Source of the DNA: Minisyncoccia bacterium
GTDB taxonomy: Bacteria > Patescibacteriota > Minisyncoccia > Phycocordibacterales > UBA5272
Direction of reading: 5' to 3'
Length of the DNA stretch: 64,000 bases
Assembly: GCA_038256975.1 (NCBI GenBank)
Contig: JBBSJU010000002.1
Coordinates: forward strand, 65,064 to 129,063
Made by a program: the position numbers and the translations under genes. This document shows, piece by piece, positions 16,445 to 25,058 of this stretch (the stretch's first letter is position 1; every line of letters begins with the position of its first letter). Under the pieces are notes generated by a model. It was not told the DNA's origin. It did no database searches and worked only from the letters and a program-made list of their open reading frames with translations.

Positions 16445-17674
16445 CTACTTTCGTCGTCGCAGGAATGCGGGAACTGCACCCCAGTCATCAGTATCGTCTT
16501 CAATAACATTAACCACATCTCCTTGCTTTTGTGTTGAATTAGAGTTTGCTGTGCTTGTTGCTTCTTTTTTTGTCTCTATTTCTTGAACAGGAAGAACATT
16601 ATGAATCTCTTTTCGTTCTAGCTCAGGATTCCTATTAATCGGCTGCTGCATTGATGACTGAATTTGAGAGGCATTCATGTTGCCACCAAAAAGTGGGGTT
16701 GTTCGCTTGTTGCCACTTATCGTAGGGAAGCCAGTTGCGATAACGGTAACCTTAACTTCATCTTTTTTAAGCGTATCGTCTTTGAATGCACCAAAGATAA
16801 TCTTTGCATCTTTGTCGACTGATTCAGTAATAATCTTGGCTGCCTCTTGAACTTCAAAGAGTGAAAGATCATCACTTCCTGAAATAGCAAAGAGTACTCC
16901 GCGAGCTCCATGAATAGAAACATCGAGTAATGGGGAATTGATGGCCGCATGAGCCGCCTCGACTGCTCTGTTTTCTCCCGCTCCTCGCCCTACACCCATG
17001 AGCGCTGTTCCTGAATCTTGCATTACTGCCCGTACGTCTGCGAAGTCAACGTTCATGATTCCAGAGTTTGAGATAAGCTCAGAAATTCCTTCCACTGCCT
17101 GCTTTAATACCTCATCACACATTGCAAAAGCATCTTTAAGGGATGTGTTTTTATCTACTGCTGCAAGAAGCTTGTCGTTCGGAATAACAATAAGAGCATC
17201 AACATTTTGCTCAAGCTCAGCTAATCCCTGCTCCGCGATCTTCATTCGTTGCGCACCTTCGAAGAAGAATGGTTTTGTTGTGACTGCAACCGTGAGCACA
17301 CCTTCGTCTTTAGAGATTTTTGCAATTGTTGGCGCCGCGCCTGTTCCTGTTCCACCACCCATACCACAAGTGATGAATACCATGTCTGCACCCTTCACTG
17401 CATTTTGGATTTCTTCTTTTGTTTCTTCTGCGGAACGTTTTCCTACATCAGGATTCATTCCTGCACCGAGACCCTTGGTGAAGTTTTTACCAATATGAAT
17501 TTTTCGTTCAGCAAGACAATTGTGGAGGTCTTGGACGTCAGTATTTACCGCGATAAATTCTACGTTTTTAACACGCGATTCAATCATGTGATTAATTGCT
17601 CCCTTTCCTGAACCCCCGACACCAATAACTTTAATTCTGGCAAAATTTTCGATTTCTGGATTGATTTTTGGCAT
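16445..17674 (-). CDS. ftsZ: cell division protein FtsZ
   Basis: GVGGSGKGAINHM, tubulin signature GGGTGTGAAP, C-terminal tail. Confidence 0.9.
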   Translation of the reverse strand: MPKINPEIENFARIKVIGVGGSGKGAINHMIESRVKNVEFIAVNTDVQDLHNCLAERKIHIGKNFTKGLGAGMNPDVGKRSAEETKEEIQNAVKGADMVFITCGMGGGTGTGAAPTIAKISKDEGVLTVAVTTKPFFFEGAQRMKIAEQGLAELEQNVDALIVIPNDKLLAAVDKNTSLKDAFAMCDEVLKQAVEGISELISNSGIMNVDFADVRAVMQDSGTALMGVGRGAGENRAVEAAHAAINSPLLDVSIHGARGVLFAISGSDDLSLFEVQEAAKIITESVDKDAKIIFGAFKDDTLKKDEVKVTVIATGFPTISGNKRTTPLFGGNMNASQIQSSMQQPINRNPELERKEIHNVLPVQEIETKKEATSTANSNSTQKQGDVVNVIEDDTDDWGAVPAFLRRRK

Positions 17675-17789
17675 AAAATATTACAATAAACGCACGTGTT
17701 TTTGAATAGCTATATAGTATCAGAAAGGTGTGTCAAGCACAAAAGGATCGGAAGGAAAGAGAAAGATGACATTTTCAATATCTGTGTTA

Positions 17790-18965
17790 TTACGGTAGGA
17801 ACTGTTTGAAGAATTGAATAATTGCTCGGAAAGTCTGAGAGAGTGTTTCCGTAGCGCTTCCAACACGTCCCACCGAAGCGTCACTTTGGAGGAGTGCAAG
17901 CCCACAAGCAACTCCAAGATTTGGATCTTTAATCTTGCCTTTTGTTATGGTTGTAAGCTCTTGAGAGTCTGTGGTTACAGGAATGCGTAAGATATCTTTA
18001 GCAATTTCAAGAATGAGTTTCTGATTAGAGCCACCACCGAGGAGAATGGCACCTGCAGGAAGTAATCCACTACGGTGGATTTTTCGTAACTGCGTATCAA
18101 GGAGTTCAAAAATATCAGTGGTGCGCGCACGGACAATCTCATCTATCTTTCGTTTTGAAACAATGCCTTCGTAGGAACCACGTTTCATTTTTTCTGCGTC
18201 TTCAATAGAAACTTTAAGTCCAAGAGCAATATCGTTGGTGATATCGTTACTTCCTATTTGAACGGTGTGTACGAGAAGGGGAACAGAGTGTTCGTATACT
18301 ACCATGGTCGTTGTCTCTGCGCCGATATCAATAACTGCTGAGCCAGTGGTGCGTTCCTTTTTTGAAAGTACACATAAGCTTGTTGCAATAGGACTTGCAA
18401 TTGTATCGTCCACATCAACACCGAGTGATTCAAAGATTGCGTGGAGCTCCTCTATTTGCTGCTCAGGATAGATAACGAAGAGTGTTTTTACTTCAAGTTT
18501 TCCACCGATGAGACCGAGTACTTTTGCAAGTACGTCTTTATTATCGAGCTTCCATTTTTGTGGAATTACGTGAAGAATCTTTTGATTTTTTTGCTCACCC
18601 AGCGTGTCTTCTGAATTTTGTATAGCACGGTTTGTATCAAGGGTAGTAACTTGGCTATCAGCACGTGTAATTACTGCGTGTCCTGTGCCTTGAATTGAAG
18701 TAAGTCCAAGGCCGTGAACACCAACCACAACTCGAGTAATGGGGTATCCTGACTGTTTGCTTGCAAGAGAAAGCGCGCGCTCTATTGAACGGGTAACATC
18801 AGGAGTTGAATCTATATATCCGCGACGCATCCCATTGTTTTCAACTGTTATGACCGCACGAATGCTTGGATATGTGTCATGTTCGGCACGCTCACCAACG
18901 ACCACTTTTATGTAAGAGGTGCCGATATCAATTCCGGTCACTATAGTCGTATGGGTTCGTGGCAT
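17790..18965 (-). CDS. ftsA: cell division protein FtsA
   Basis: Actin-like ATPase fold (VTGIDIGTSYIKVVVGE..., ILLGGGSNQ). The ATG at 18965 is preferred over the TTG at 18974. Confidence 0.85.
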   Translation of the reverse strand: MPRTHTTIVTGIDIGTSYIKVVVGERAEHDTYPSIRAVITVENNGMRRGYIDSTPDVTRSIERALSLASKQSGYPITRVVVGVHGLGLTSIQGTGHAVITRADSQVTTLDTNRAIQNSEDTLGEQKNQKILHVIPQKWKLDNKDVLAKVLGLIGGKLEVKTLFVIYPEQQIEELHAIFESLGVDVDDTIASPIATSLCVLSKKERTTGSAVIDIGAETTTMVVYEHSVPLLVHTVQIGSNDITNDIALGLKVSIEDAEKMKRGSYEGIVSKRKIDEIVRARTTDIFELLDTQLRKIHRSGLLPAGAILLGGGSNQKLILEIAKDILRIPVTTDSQELTTITKGKIKDPNLGVACGLALLQSDASVGRVGSATETLSQTFRAIIQFFKQFLP

Positions 18966-19032
18966 GTGGAGCAAATTGTTTTAAGTACTTTTGTTCTTGT
19001 TTCTCCATTGTACTCCCTTGTTAGTATCCTTT

Positions 19033-19359
19033 CTAATGAAGACAACTGTGGATGAAGAGAAAAAGAATAAAATCACGATATGAAAGAGAATACTCTTTTG
19101 CTTGTAAACGCATTACTTTAAGTGACATGTAGATCTCACCTGTATTTTGTGAAAGAGGGAATGCTAAGGTGTTCGGGGTGTATAGTTTTTTCCGATGTGT
19201 TTTATTGAGATGCTGGATATTTTTTTCAGTGCTGAATATCAAATGTAACGTGTATTTTTTGCCGAGTATTTTTTGCGTAACATCAAAAAACGGTAAGGAC
19301 GGAATTGTCCCTACCGTTTCTCGAATGATTGTAATTTGTTCTTTCTCTAACGTTGTCAT
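19033..19359 (-). pseudogene. ybeY: ybeY-like endoribonuclease gene, truncated: the zinc motif is interrupted by in-frame stops
   Basis: The N-terminal region matches YbeY (KYTLHLIFSTEKNIQHLNKTHRKKLYTPNTLAFPL). The ORF ends ...IHSCLH-TAG. The same frame continues as K-G-Y-TAA, a degenerate version of HGxLHLxGYDH. It is only 108 aa. Confidence 0.45.
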
Positions 19360-19362
19360 TTT

Positions 19363-19614
19363 TTATCGTCGGCCTTTCTTTTTCGGAGGAGTGAGTTTGC
19401 CGAGCTTCTTTAAGCGGTTGTACGTTTTTGTTCGTCCGATCTTGAGGAGTTTTGCCTTCTTTACTTTGAGAGGAGAAAGTGCGCGTGTAGCATATCGCTG
19501 GCTTCGTTTCTTCGGGATGATTCCTGACTCCTGAACTCTTTTTGTGAATCGTCGAAGTGTACCTGCTGCTGGTTCATTCTGTCCTTGTTTTATTTCTACG
19601 TAAGCGGTTGGCAT
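19363..19614 (-). CDS. rpsU: 30S ribosomal protein S21
   Basis: MPTAYVEIKQGQNEPAAGTLRRFTKRV matches the bS21 N-terminus. Basic C-terminus. The start is taken at the second Met (19614). Confidence 0.7.
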   Translation of the reverse strand: MPTAYVEIKQGQNEPAAGTLRRFTKRVQESGIIPKKRSQRYATRALSPLKVKKAKLLKIGRTKTYNRLKKLGKLTPPKKKGRR

Positions 19615-19722
19615 AAGTAACCATATTTTTACCACATTCACGTTTGTTTTGCAATGATAAAGGGCGTTTAAGTAATGTTATTTGACATTAAGATGGTTTC
19701 TTGAGATGAATGAGGATACCCA

Positions 19723-20181
19723 ATGTTGGGTGTTCTTTTGGAGTTTGTCATGATAATCCGTAGAGGTGATATGGGAAACGGCGCTACCCTCTCCCTTGAG
19801 GCGTGTGGGCAAGGAAACTACTTGATCATGGCTGGTAGTGGATCAAGGAATGAGCTTGGTGAATATCGTTTTGTCGAATTCACCAGAAGTGGCTCCAAAT
19901 CACCGGAGACATGCGGGGTATTGGCTGTACTGCGACAACAGTTGATGTTTTGTGGGCAGGAGGATCGTCGAGGCATTATTTCTTACGAGACAGAAGGAGG
20001 GTGTCTTCAGGTTATGCAGGATAAGGATGGGGATGAGTATGTGCGCACTGTTGGTCTGGGTGTTGATACCGAAGTACGTCCTCTTCGTCTCACACCACAA
20101 AATACCTCGGAGTTAGTTCGGGAAACCATCATTAACCTCCTTCATGCAATGAGGGTAGATGAAGGTAAATACCCACAATGA
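19723..20181 (+). CDS. hypothetical protein (moderately GC-enriched)
   Basis: 152-aa ORF with its own downstream terminator. No family recognised. Confidence 0.4.
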   Translation: MLGVLLEFVMIIRRGDMGNGATLSLEACGQGNYLIMAGSGSRNELGEYRFVEFTRSGSKSPETCGVLAVLRQQLMFCGQEDRRGIISYETEGGCLQVMQDKDGDEYVRTVGLGVDTEVRPLRLTPQNTSELVRETIINLLHAMRVDEGKYPQ

Positions 20182-20203
20182 ATGAAATGTCTGCAGAAAC
20201 AGA

Positions 20204-20240
20204 AGAGCCCACGATGGTCGTGGGCTCTGTTTATTTTGTC
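20204..20240. terminator. bidirectional terminator between the 19723 gene and hisS
   Basis: AGAGCCCACGA tgg TCGTGGGCTCT, then GTTTATTTTG. Confidence 0.6.
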
Positions 20241-21538
20241 TGATGGTCTTTGAGGTGTTTAATGTAATCGCTTAGTTCATCAATCTTTACTGTTTCTTGA
20301 GATCTGTTTTCCATATCGCGCACAATTACTGAGTGTTCCAGCGCTTCCTTTTGTCCAAAAATAAGTACGTAAGGAATACCAAGTTTCTCTGCAATGCCAA
20401 GCTGACTACCCAGACTGTCTTTTGAAATCGATTGCTCAACAGGGATGCGTGCTTTCCGCAAGATTTCCAGTACCGCAAGACTCTTTAACTTTGCTTCAAA
20501 ACCAAGCTGAACAAAAAATACTTTCGGCTTCTTCATGATTCGTGGGGCGAGGTTTTTGAACCACGGACGTTCAACGATTCTATCCATGCCGAGTGAGCCA
20601 CCAACGGCAGGGATGTCTTTTTTAGAACCAATCATTTTACCAAGGTAATCGTAGCGTCCACCAGCTGCAATAGTTACCAGACTTCCATCTTCAGTCTTTT
20701 CCATTATTTCAAACACGGTGTGAGTGTAGTAGGAGAGACCACGTACCAAAAGTTTGTCGATTTCGTAGGTGATGCCCATATCATCGAGGTATTGGAGCAC
20801 TTCTTTGAAATGTTTTTTACCAGAGCTTGAAAGGAAACTTACTGCATCTGGCGCACCTTGGTTTATTTCTTTCGTAACGGGGTGTTTTGAGTCGAGGATA
20901 CGAAGTGGGTTTGTTTTGAGCCGCTCTTGGTCTACTGCTGGTAAGTCTTTGAGATGTTTTTTGTAGTAGTTAGTAAGTGCACGAATATATGCAGGACGAG
21001 ATTCTTTATCACCAATTGAGTTTATATTAACAATTAAATCTTTTGCGCCCGCTTCAGTAAGTACGGTATAAATAGTCTTGATAATGAGAGCATCTAAAAT
21101 ACTGCAATCACTTCCGAGTGCATCGACGTCAAATTGATAGAATTGGCGATAGCGTCCTTTTTGCGGATTGTCATGACGGAATACGGGGCCGGAGTGATAA
21201 AGAAGCACGGGCTGGGGAAGTGATTGCATGCCGTGCTCAATGTATGCACGCATAAGCCCTGCGGTTTGTTCTGGTCGCATAGCGAGGTGGTCACCACCTT
21301 TTGTTTTTAAGGTGTACATCTCTTTGTCGATAATATCTGTGCCAACACCAACAGCTGACGTAAATGTATTTTCGTGTTCAAGGATGGGGGTCTCTATTGG
21401 TTTAAAACCATAGTACACGGAAACTTCTTGTGCTTTTTCAAAAAGTCCTTGAAATTTGTAGTAGGCATCTCCAATAATGTCGCGTGTTCCTTTTGGAGAT
21501 TGAAGTGAATTTACATTCTGTGTGTTTTCTTTTGACAT
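20231..21538 (-). CDS. hisS: histidine--tRNA ligase
   Basis: Class II aaRS motifs and anticodon-binding domain. The N-terminus resembles HisRS (GTRDIIGDAYYKFQ...). Confidence 0.85.
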   Translation of the reverse strand: MSKENTQNVNSLQSPKGTRDIIGDAYYKFQGLFEKAQEVSVYYGFKPIETPILEHENTFTSAVGVGTDIIDKEMYTLKTKGGDHLAMRPEQTAGLMRAYIEHGMQSLPQPVLLYHSGPVFRHDNPQKGRYRQFYQFDVDALGSDCSILDALIIKTIYTVLTEAGAKDLIVNINSIGDKESRPAYIRALTNYYKKHLKDLPAVDQERLKTNPLRILDSKHPVTKEINQGAPDAVSFLSSSGKKHFKEVLQYLDDMGITYEIDKLLVRGLSYYTHTVFEIMEKTEDGSLVTIAAGGRYDYLGKMIGSKKDIPAVGGSLGMDRIVERPWFKNLAPRIMKKPKVFFVQLGFEAKLKSLAVLEILRKARIPVEQSISKDSLGSQLGIAEKLGIPYVLIFGQKEALEHSVIVRDMENRSQETVKIDELSDYIKHLKDHQTK

Positions 21539-21579
21539 AGTGTATACCAACTCTTCTACATATCGATTACTGTTTCAGT

Positions 21580-22272
21580 TTACGGGGTTTTAGTTAAAAC
21601 GTCCACTGAGCCAGGAAAAAGTGATATCTGGGTGAATGGATAGAGGCGTACGAGCGTTCTTCCAATGATTTGCGTTCGTTTAATGGGGCCGATTTGCCGT
21701 GAATCAAGGCTCAGTGGTCGATTGTCTCCCATCATGAAGTATTCATCTGCGCCGAGCGTCAAAACCTTTTTTGTTCGCCCGTCTGTATTTTTAATGTACG
21801 TCTCATTGAGTATAAGCCCTTCAGGATGAGTATTGTTTGTAACGATGGTGGTTGTGCCATCAATAGTGATCTGTTCTCCTGGAAGCCCAATGATCCGTTT
21901 AATGAGGTATCGGTTGCCATTTTCTGGACCAGATTTGAATACTACTACGTCACCACGTTTAGGTTCTTCCAAAAAAGTGTATGAGAATCGATCGACAATA
22001 ATGTAATCGTATGGTTCAAACGTCGGTACCATCGAAGTTTGCTGTACGAGAAATGGTTGAATAAGGAAGGTTTTAATAATCGTAAAGAAAAATCCAACTG
22101 TCGCAATAAAACGGAGCACTTCTTGAACCTTTGCGTACCATGCCGCACGTCGTGCCACAGCGCGTTCCTCCTTTGTTTTCCTCAGGTTGTATAAAATAAA
22201 AAAGAACTCAAGAATCTGATCTGCTATCCAGTCCAGGGGGTTTCGCATAAAATATTTTCTATAGTGTATCAT
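21580..22272 (-). CDS. lepB: signal peptidase I
   Basis: N-terminal TM anchor, SMVPT (catalytic Ser box), LIKRIIGLPGEQI, GDNRPLSLDSR. Confidence 0.8.
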   Translation of the reverse strand: MIHYRKYFMRNPLDWIADQILEFFFILYNLRKTKEERAVARRAAWYAKVQEVLRFIATVGFFFTIIKTFLIQPFLVQQTSMVPTFEPYDYIIVDRFSYTFLEEPKRGDVVVFKSGPENGNRYLIKRIIGLPGEQITIDGTTTIVTNNTHPEGLILNETYIKNTDGRTKKVLTLGADEYFMMGDNRPLSLDSRQIGPIKRTQIIGRTLVRLYPFTQISLFPGSVDVLTKTP

Positions 22273-22280
22273 AGAAGAAT

Positions 22281-22871
22281 ATGATAATCGTTGGGCTTGG
22301 AAATCCTGGGAAAGAATATGAATCTACACGACATAATGTTGGGCGAATTGTTGCGAGCTATGTTGCCAAACTAACCAAAGCTGATGTTTTCGAAACTGAC
22401 GGCATGCTTCGAGCGCAGAAAACAAAAACAATGATTGCCGATAAAAAAGCAATAATTGTGCTCCCAGATACTTTCATGAATCTTTCCGGGAAAGCAGTTG
22501 GTCCTTTGATTAAGTCGCCTAAAGATTTAACAAAATTAGTTGTTATGTATGATGATCTTGATCTTGCTCGGGGGACCTTCAAGATTTCTTTTAATCGCAG
22601 TTCTGGTGGGCATAACGGAGTTCAGTCGATTATTAAAGCAGTGAAATCCGAGGCCTTTATTCGGGTTCGGGTTGGGATTTCGCCAACAACAACGGGAGGT
22701 AAATTGAAAAAACCACTTGGTGAGGAAAAAGTAGGCAAGTGGATTCTTGGTGTTATGAAAGACGAAGAAAAAGATGGACTGAAAAAACTTTCAAAAACGG
22801 TCCTCCAGGCTCTCGAAATGATTGTTGAAGAAGGTTTACCGAAAGCAATGTCAATATACAATGGGAAGTAA
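22281..22871 (+). CDS. pth: peptidyl-tRNA hydrolase
   Basis: MIIVGLGNPGKEYESTRHNVG N-terminus and the overall Pth fold signature. Confidence 0.85.
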   Translation: MIIVGLGNPGKEYESTRHNVGRIVASYVAKLTKADVFETDGMLRAQKTKTMIADKKAIIVLPDTFMNLSGKAVGPLIKSPKDLTKLVVMYDDLDLARGTFKISFNRSSGGHNGVQSIIKAVKSEAFIRVRVGISPTTTGGKLKKPLGEEKVGKWILGVMKDEEKDGLKKLSKTVLQALEMIVEEGLPKAMSIYNGK

Positions 22872-22891
22872 AAAAGGGGCTATTTCAAAAA

Positions 22892-22977
22892 GAAGGTTTT
22901 AAGAAACACGCATAAAATTCTGGTGAATTTTTGCTACGCTCGCTCCGTCGAGTCTGCGCAAGTTTCTTAAAACCTTC
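22892..22977 (+). repeat. structured repeat element copy 1: 16-bp closing stem around a conserved roughly 54-nt core, 20 nt downstream of the pth stop
   Basis: Stem arms GAAGGTTTTAAGAAAC (22892-22907) and GTTTCTTAAAACCTTC (22962-22977). The core contains the palindrome AAATTCTGGTGAATTT. The core is about 85% identical to the reverse complement of 27572-27626. Confidence 0.6.
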
Positions 22978-22996
22978 TTTTTTCAACTCAAATAAT

Positions 22997-23030
22997 AAAA
23001 CCACCGATTTGGTGGTTTTATTATTTATTT
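22997..23030. terminator. bidirectional terminator between pth and rpsA
   Basis: AAAACCACC gattt GGTGGTTTT, then ATTATTTATTT. Confidence 0.65.
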
Positions 23031-23040
23031 CAGAAAAAGA

Positions 23041-24177
23041 TTATTCTTTTGAAATGTAGGTGAGCGTCATTCGCTGCTCTTTCGGTTCAAAGAATGTGAT
23101 TGCAAAGTCGTATACTTTTCCAAGCCCGAGTGATGATTTCATTTTTTCTTCACTTGCAAACTCTGAAATGTGTACAAGGCCGGCCACTCCTTCATTGATA
23201 GAAGCAAGCGCGCCATGTTTATTGAATTTAATCACAACACCTTTTACAATATCTCCTTTCTTGAATTTCTTTTCTGCTTCAAGCCACGGGTTTACAGTAA
23301 GGGCTTTTACAGAGAGTGATACTTTTCCATCCTTTACTTCGATAATACGGGCCTTTACTTTGTCACCGACTTTGAAAAGCGTCTTAGGGTCATCAATAAG
23401 TGACCATGACATTTCAGAAATATGGATGAGTCCTTCAAGTCCGTCTTCGAGTTCTACAAAAGCGCCAAATTCCACAACACCAGTTACCTTACCTTCAACT
23501 TCGTCACCAACGGCATATTTGTCCATAACCTCTGTCTTCTCTTTTCCGTCAACATCTTTTTCAGAGAAAATGAGCTTACCTTCTTTTGGCATTGCACCAA
23601 TGACGCACACAGAAATACGTTTTCCAATAAGTTTCTTAAGTTCTCGCAAGATTTTTTCTTTGTCGCCATCCATAACGCGAGGGTAGTTCTCGCTCTTAAG
23701 TTGTGATGCGGGAAGGAATCCAGCCACACCTTGCCAGTCAAGAATAAGTCCACCTTTATTTGCCTCTTTGATAACAAGATCAAATACGGTTTTTGCTTTA
23801 ATAGCTTCTTCGGCGTCACTCCACATCGCGGCCTGCTTTGCCTCTTTGAGTGAGAGTTCTACATGACCATTTTCATTTTCAGTTTCAATGATCTTCGCTT
23901 TAATAGCGTCACCAACGTTTATCTTTTTAATAACATCGCGAGCTTGGATGAACTCTGTTCCATAAATGATACCAACCCCATGAATACCAAGGTCAACATA
24001 GATTGCTGACTTCTTGATAGATACTACAGTGCCGTCTACAACGTCGTCTGCTTTGAGGCGATGAGGAGCTGTGTGAACTGCATTTTTAAGTTGTGTGTTA
24101 TTTGCGTCACCGTAAATGTTTGCGTTTTGTAATTCTGGTTTCATAAATATTAATTTGTGTTCTTCATTATTAAACAA
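23041..24177 (-). CDS. rpsA: 30S ribosomal protein S1 (four S1 domains)
   Basis: Repeated S1 OB-fold motifs (GTVVSIKKSAIYVDLG..., GKVTGVVEFGAFVEL..., GVVIKFNKHGALASI...). Confidence 0.8.
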   Translation of the reverse strand: MFNNEEHKLIFMKPELQNANIYGDANNTQLKNAVHTAPHRLKADDVVDGTVVSIKKSAIYVDLGIHGVGIIYGTEFIQARDVIKKINVGDAIKAKIIETENENGHVELSLKEAKQAAMWSDAEEAIKAKTVFDLVIKEANKGGLILDWQGVAGFLPASQLKSENYPRVMDGDKEKILRELKKLIGKRISVCVIGAMPKEGKLIFSEKDVDGKEKTEVMDKYAVGDEVEGKVTGVVEFGAFVELEDGLEGLIHISEMSWSLIDDPKTLFKVGDKVKARIIEVKDGKVSLSVKALTVNPWLEAEKKFKKGDIVKGVVIKFNKHGALASINEGVAGLVHISEFASEEKMKSSLGLGKVYDFAITFFEPKEQRMTLTYISKE

Positions 24178-24370
24178 AAAAATTCCTCAGGAAAAAGGAA
24201 TTGAGCTTTTTTCCTGCACGAGATGGATTTGCCTTGTCAGAAAGGGAAGAAGGGCAAATGGTTACAAGCTCGTGTTTGTTGTTAATTTGAAATGAACTCG
24301 GTAATTAAAGCACAGCTTCTAATAAAAGGCAACAAAAAAACCGCACATAGTGCAGTGTTTATTCTGAATT

Positions 24371-24401
24371 CCTCAGCGCGGTCCCCATGACCGCACTGAG
24401 G
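24371..24401 (-). terminator. hairpin (CCTCAGCGCGGTC..GACCGCACTGAGG) downstream of the GC-rich islet gene pair
   Basis: Near-perfect 13-bp inverted repeat just past the stop at 24409. A T-rich run follows on the minus strand. Confidence 0.45.
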
Positions 24402-24408
24402 AAGATTC

Positions 24409-24642
24409 TCAGGCAAGAATCAGACTCATTCGCTGATCCTGACGTTGCCCTGCGTTGCGTTGACGGGCTTCTTGGGTCAGGTTTTTCAGTGCCGCTTGGC
24501 ATCGCTGTCGATCATCAGCAGGGATCTTTCCTTGCAGGGCAGCATTCAGCCTTGCTGAACTCTCCGTGATCGTAGACATAGGGGTCTGTCCATTTACCGT
24601 GCGACCCTCGCGGATCGCTTGATTGAGAAGTTCGCGACTCAT
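24409..24642 (-). CDS. hypothetical small protein (GC-rich islet), translationally coupled to the upstream gene by an ATGA overlap
   Basis: The internal Met of ORF 24409..24750 sits exactly at the stop of the upstream ORF. The minus-strand sequence reads ATGA at 24639-24642. Confidence 0.4.
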   Translation of the reverse strand: MSRELLNQAIREGRTVNGQTPMSTITESSARLNAALQGKIPADDRQRCQAALKNLTQEARQRNAGQRQDQRMSLILA

Positions 24643-24908
24643 GCTTGTACTCCTTGCTGTTGGAACGAAAGTGCCCGTGCCGGGCGTTCCGAGGATGTAA
24701 GTCCCCGTCGTTGCATTTCCAATTTCAATACCAGACGATGAGCTTTCCACTCACGTAGAGTTTCGCTGGTGAAGCCCTGGGCGCCAGCATTTGCTTCGTC
24801 AATCTTGTCGTCGAGCGCACGATGCGCTGCGACAATACGGCTATCCGGCATCGCACCGGAAATATTTTGTGCGACACTCACAGCGCTTTCGATGGAGATG
24901 TTCGACAT
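24639..24908 (-). CDS. DUF465 (YdcH)-like small protein (GC-rich islet)
   Basis: 89 aa. AAHRALDDKIDEA...ETLREWKAHRLVLKLEMQRRG resembles the coiled DUF465 pattern. High-GC codon usage. Confidence 0.4.
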   Translation of the reverse strand: MSNISIESAVSVAQNISGAMPDSRIVAAHRALDDKIDEANAGAQGFTSETLREWKAHRLVLKLEMQRRGLTSSERPARALSFQQQGVQA

Positions 24909-25058
24909 GATTACCTCGTGAGCCCCTTTTGAGTAAACTACAATGTATTCGGGCTTTTAAATACAGAGTAGTCTTTATAAAGAACAACCTTTCCTTTATA
25001 CTACTAAACTCATTTTTGTAAAGGCTACTGTCCCCAGGTTCCTTGATACAATTAACGC

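Noticed and set aside
19033-19359. Stop-codon reassignment (TAG/TAA read-through) as the explanation for the interrupted ybeY
   Set aside because: Dozens of other genes in the window terminate cleanly at TAA or TAG at the family-expected length. TGA also behaves as a stop. A lineage-wide recoding would therefore fragment many other genes, so a pseudogene or a sequencing error is more parsimonious.
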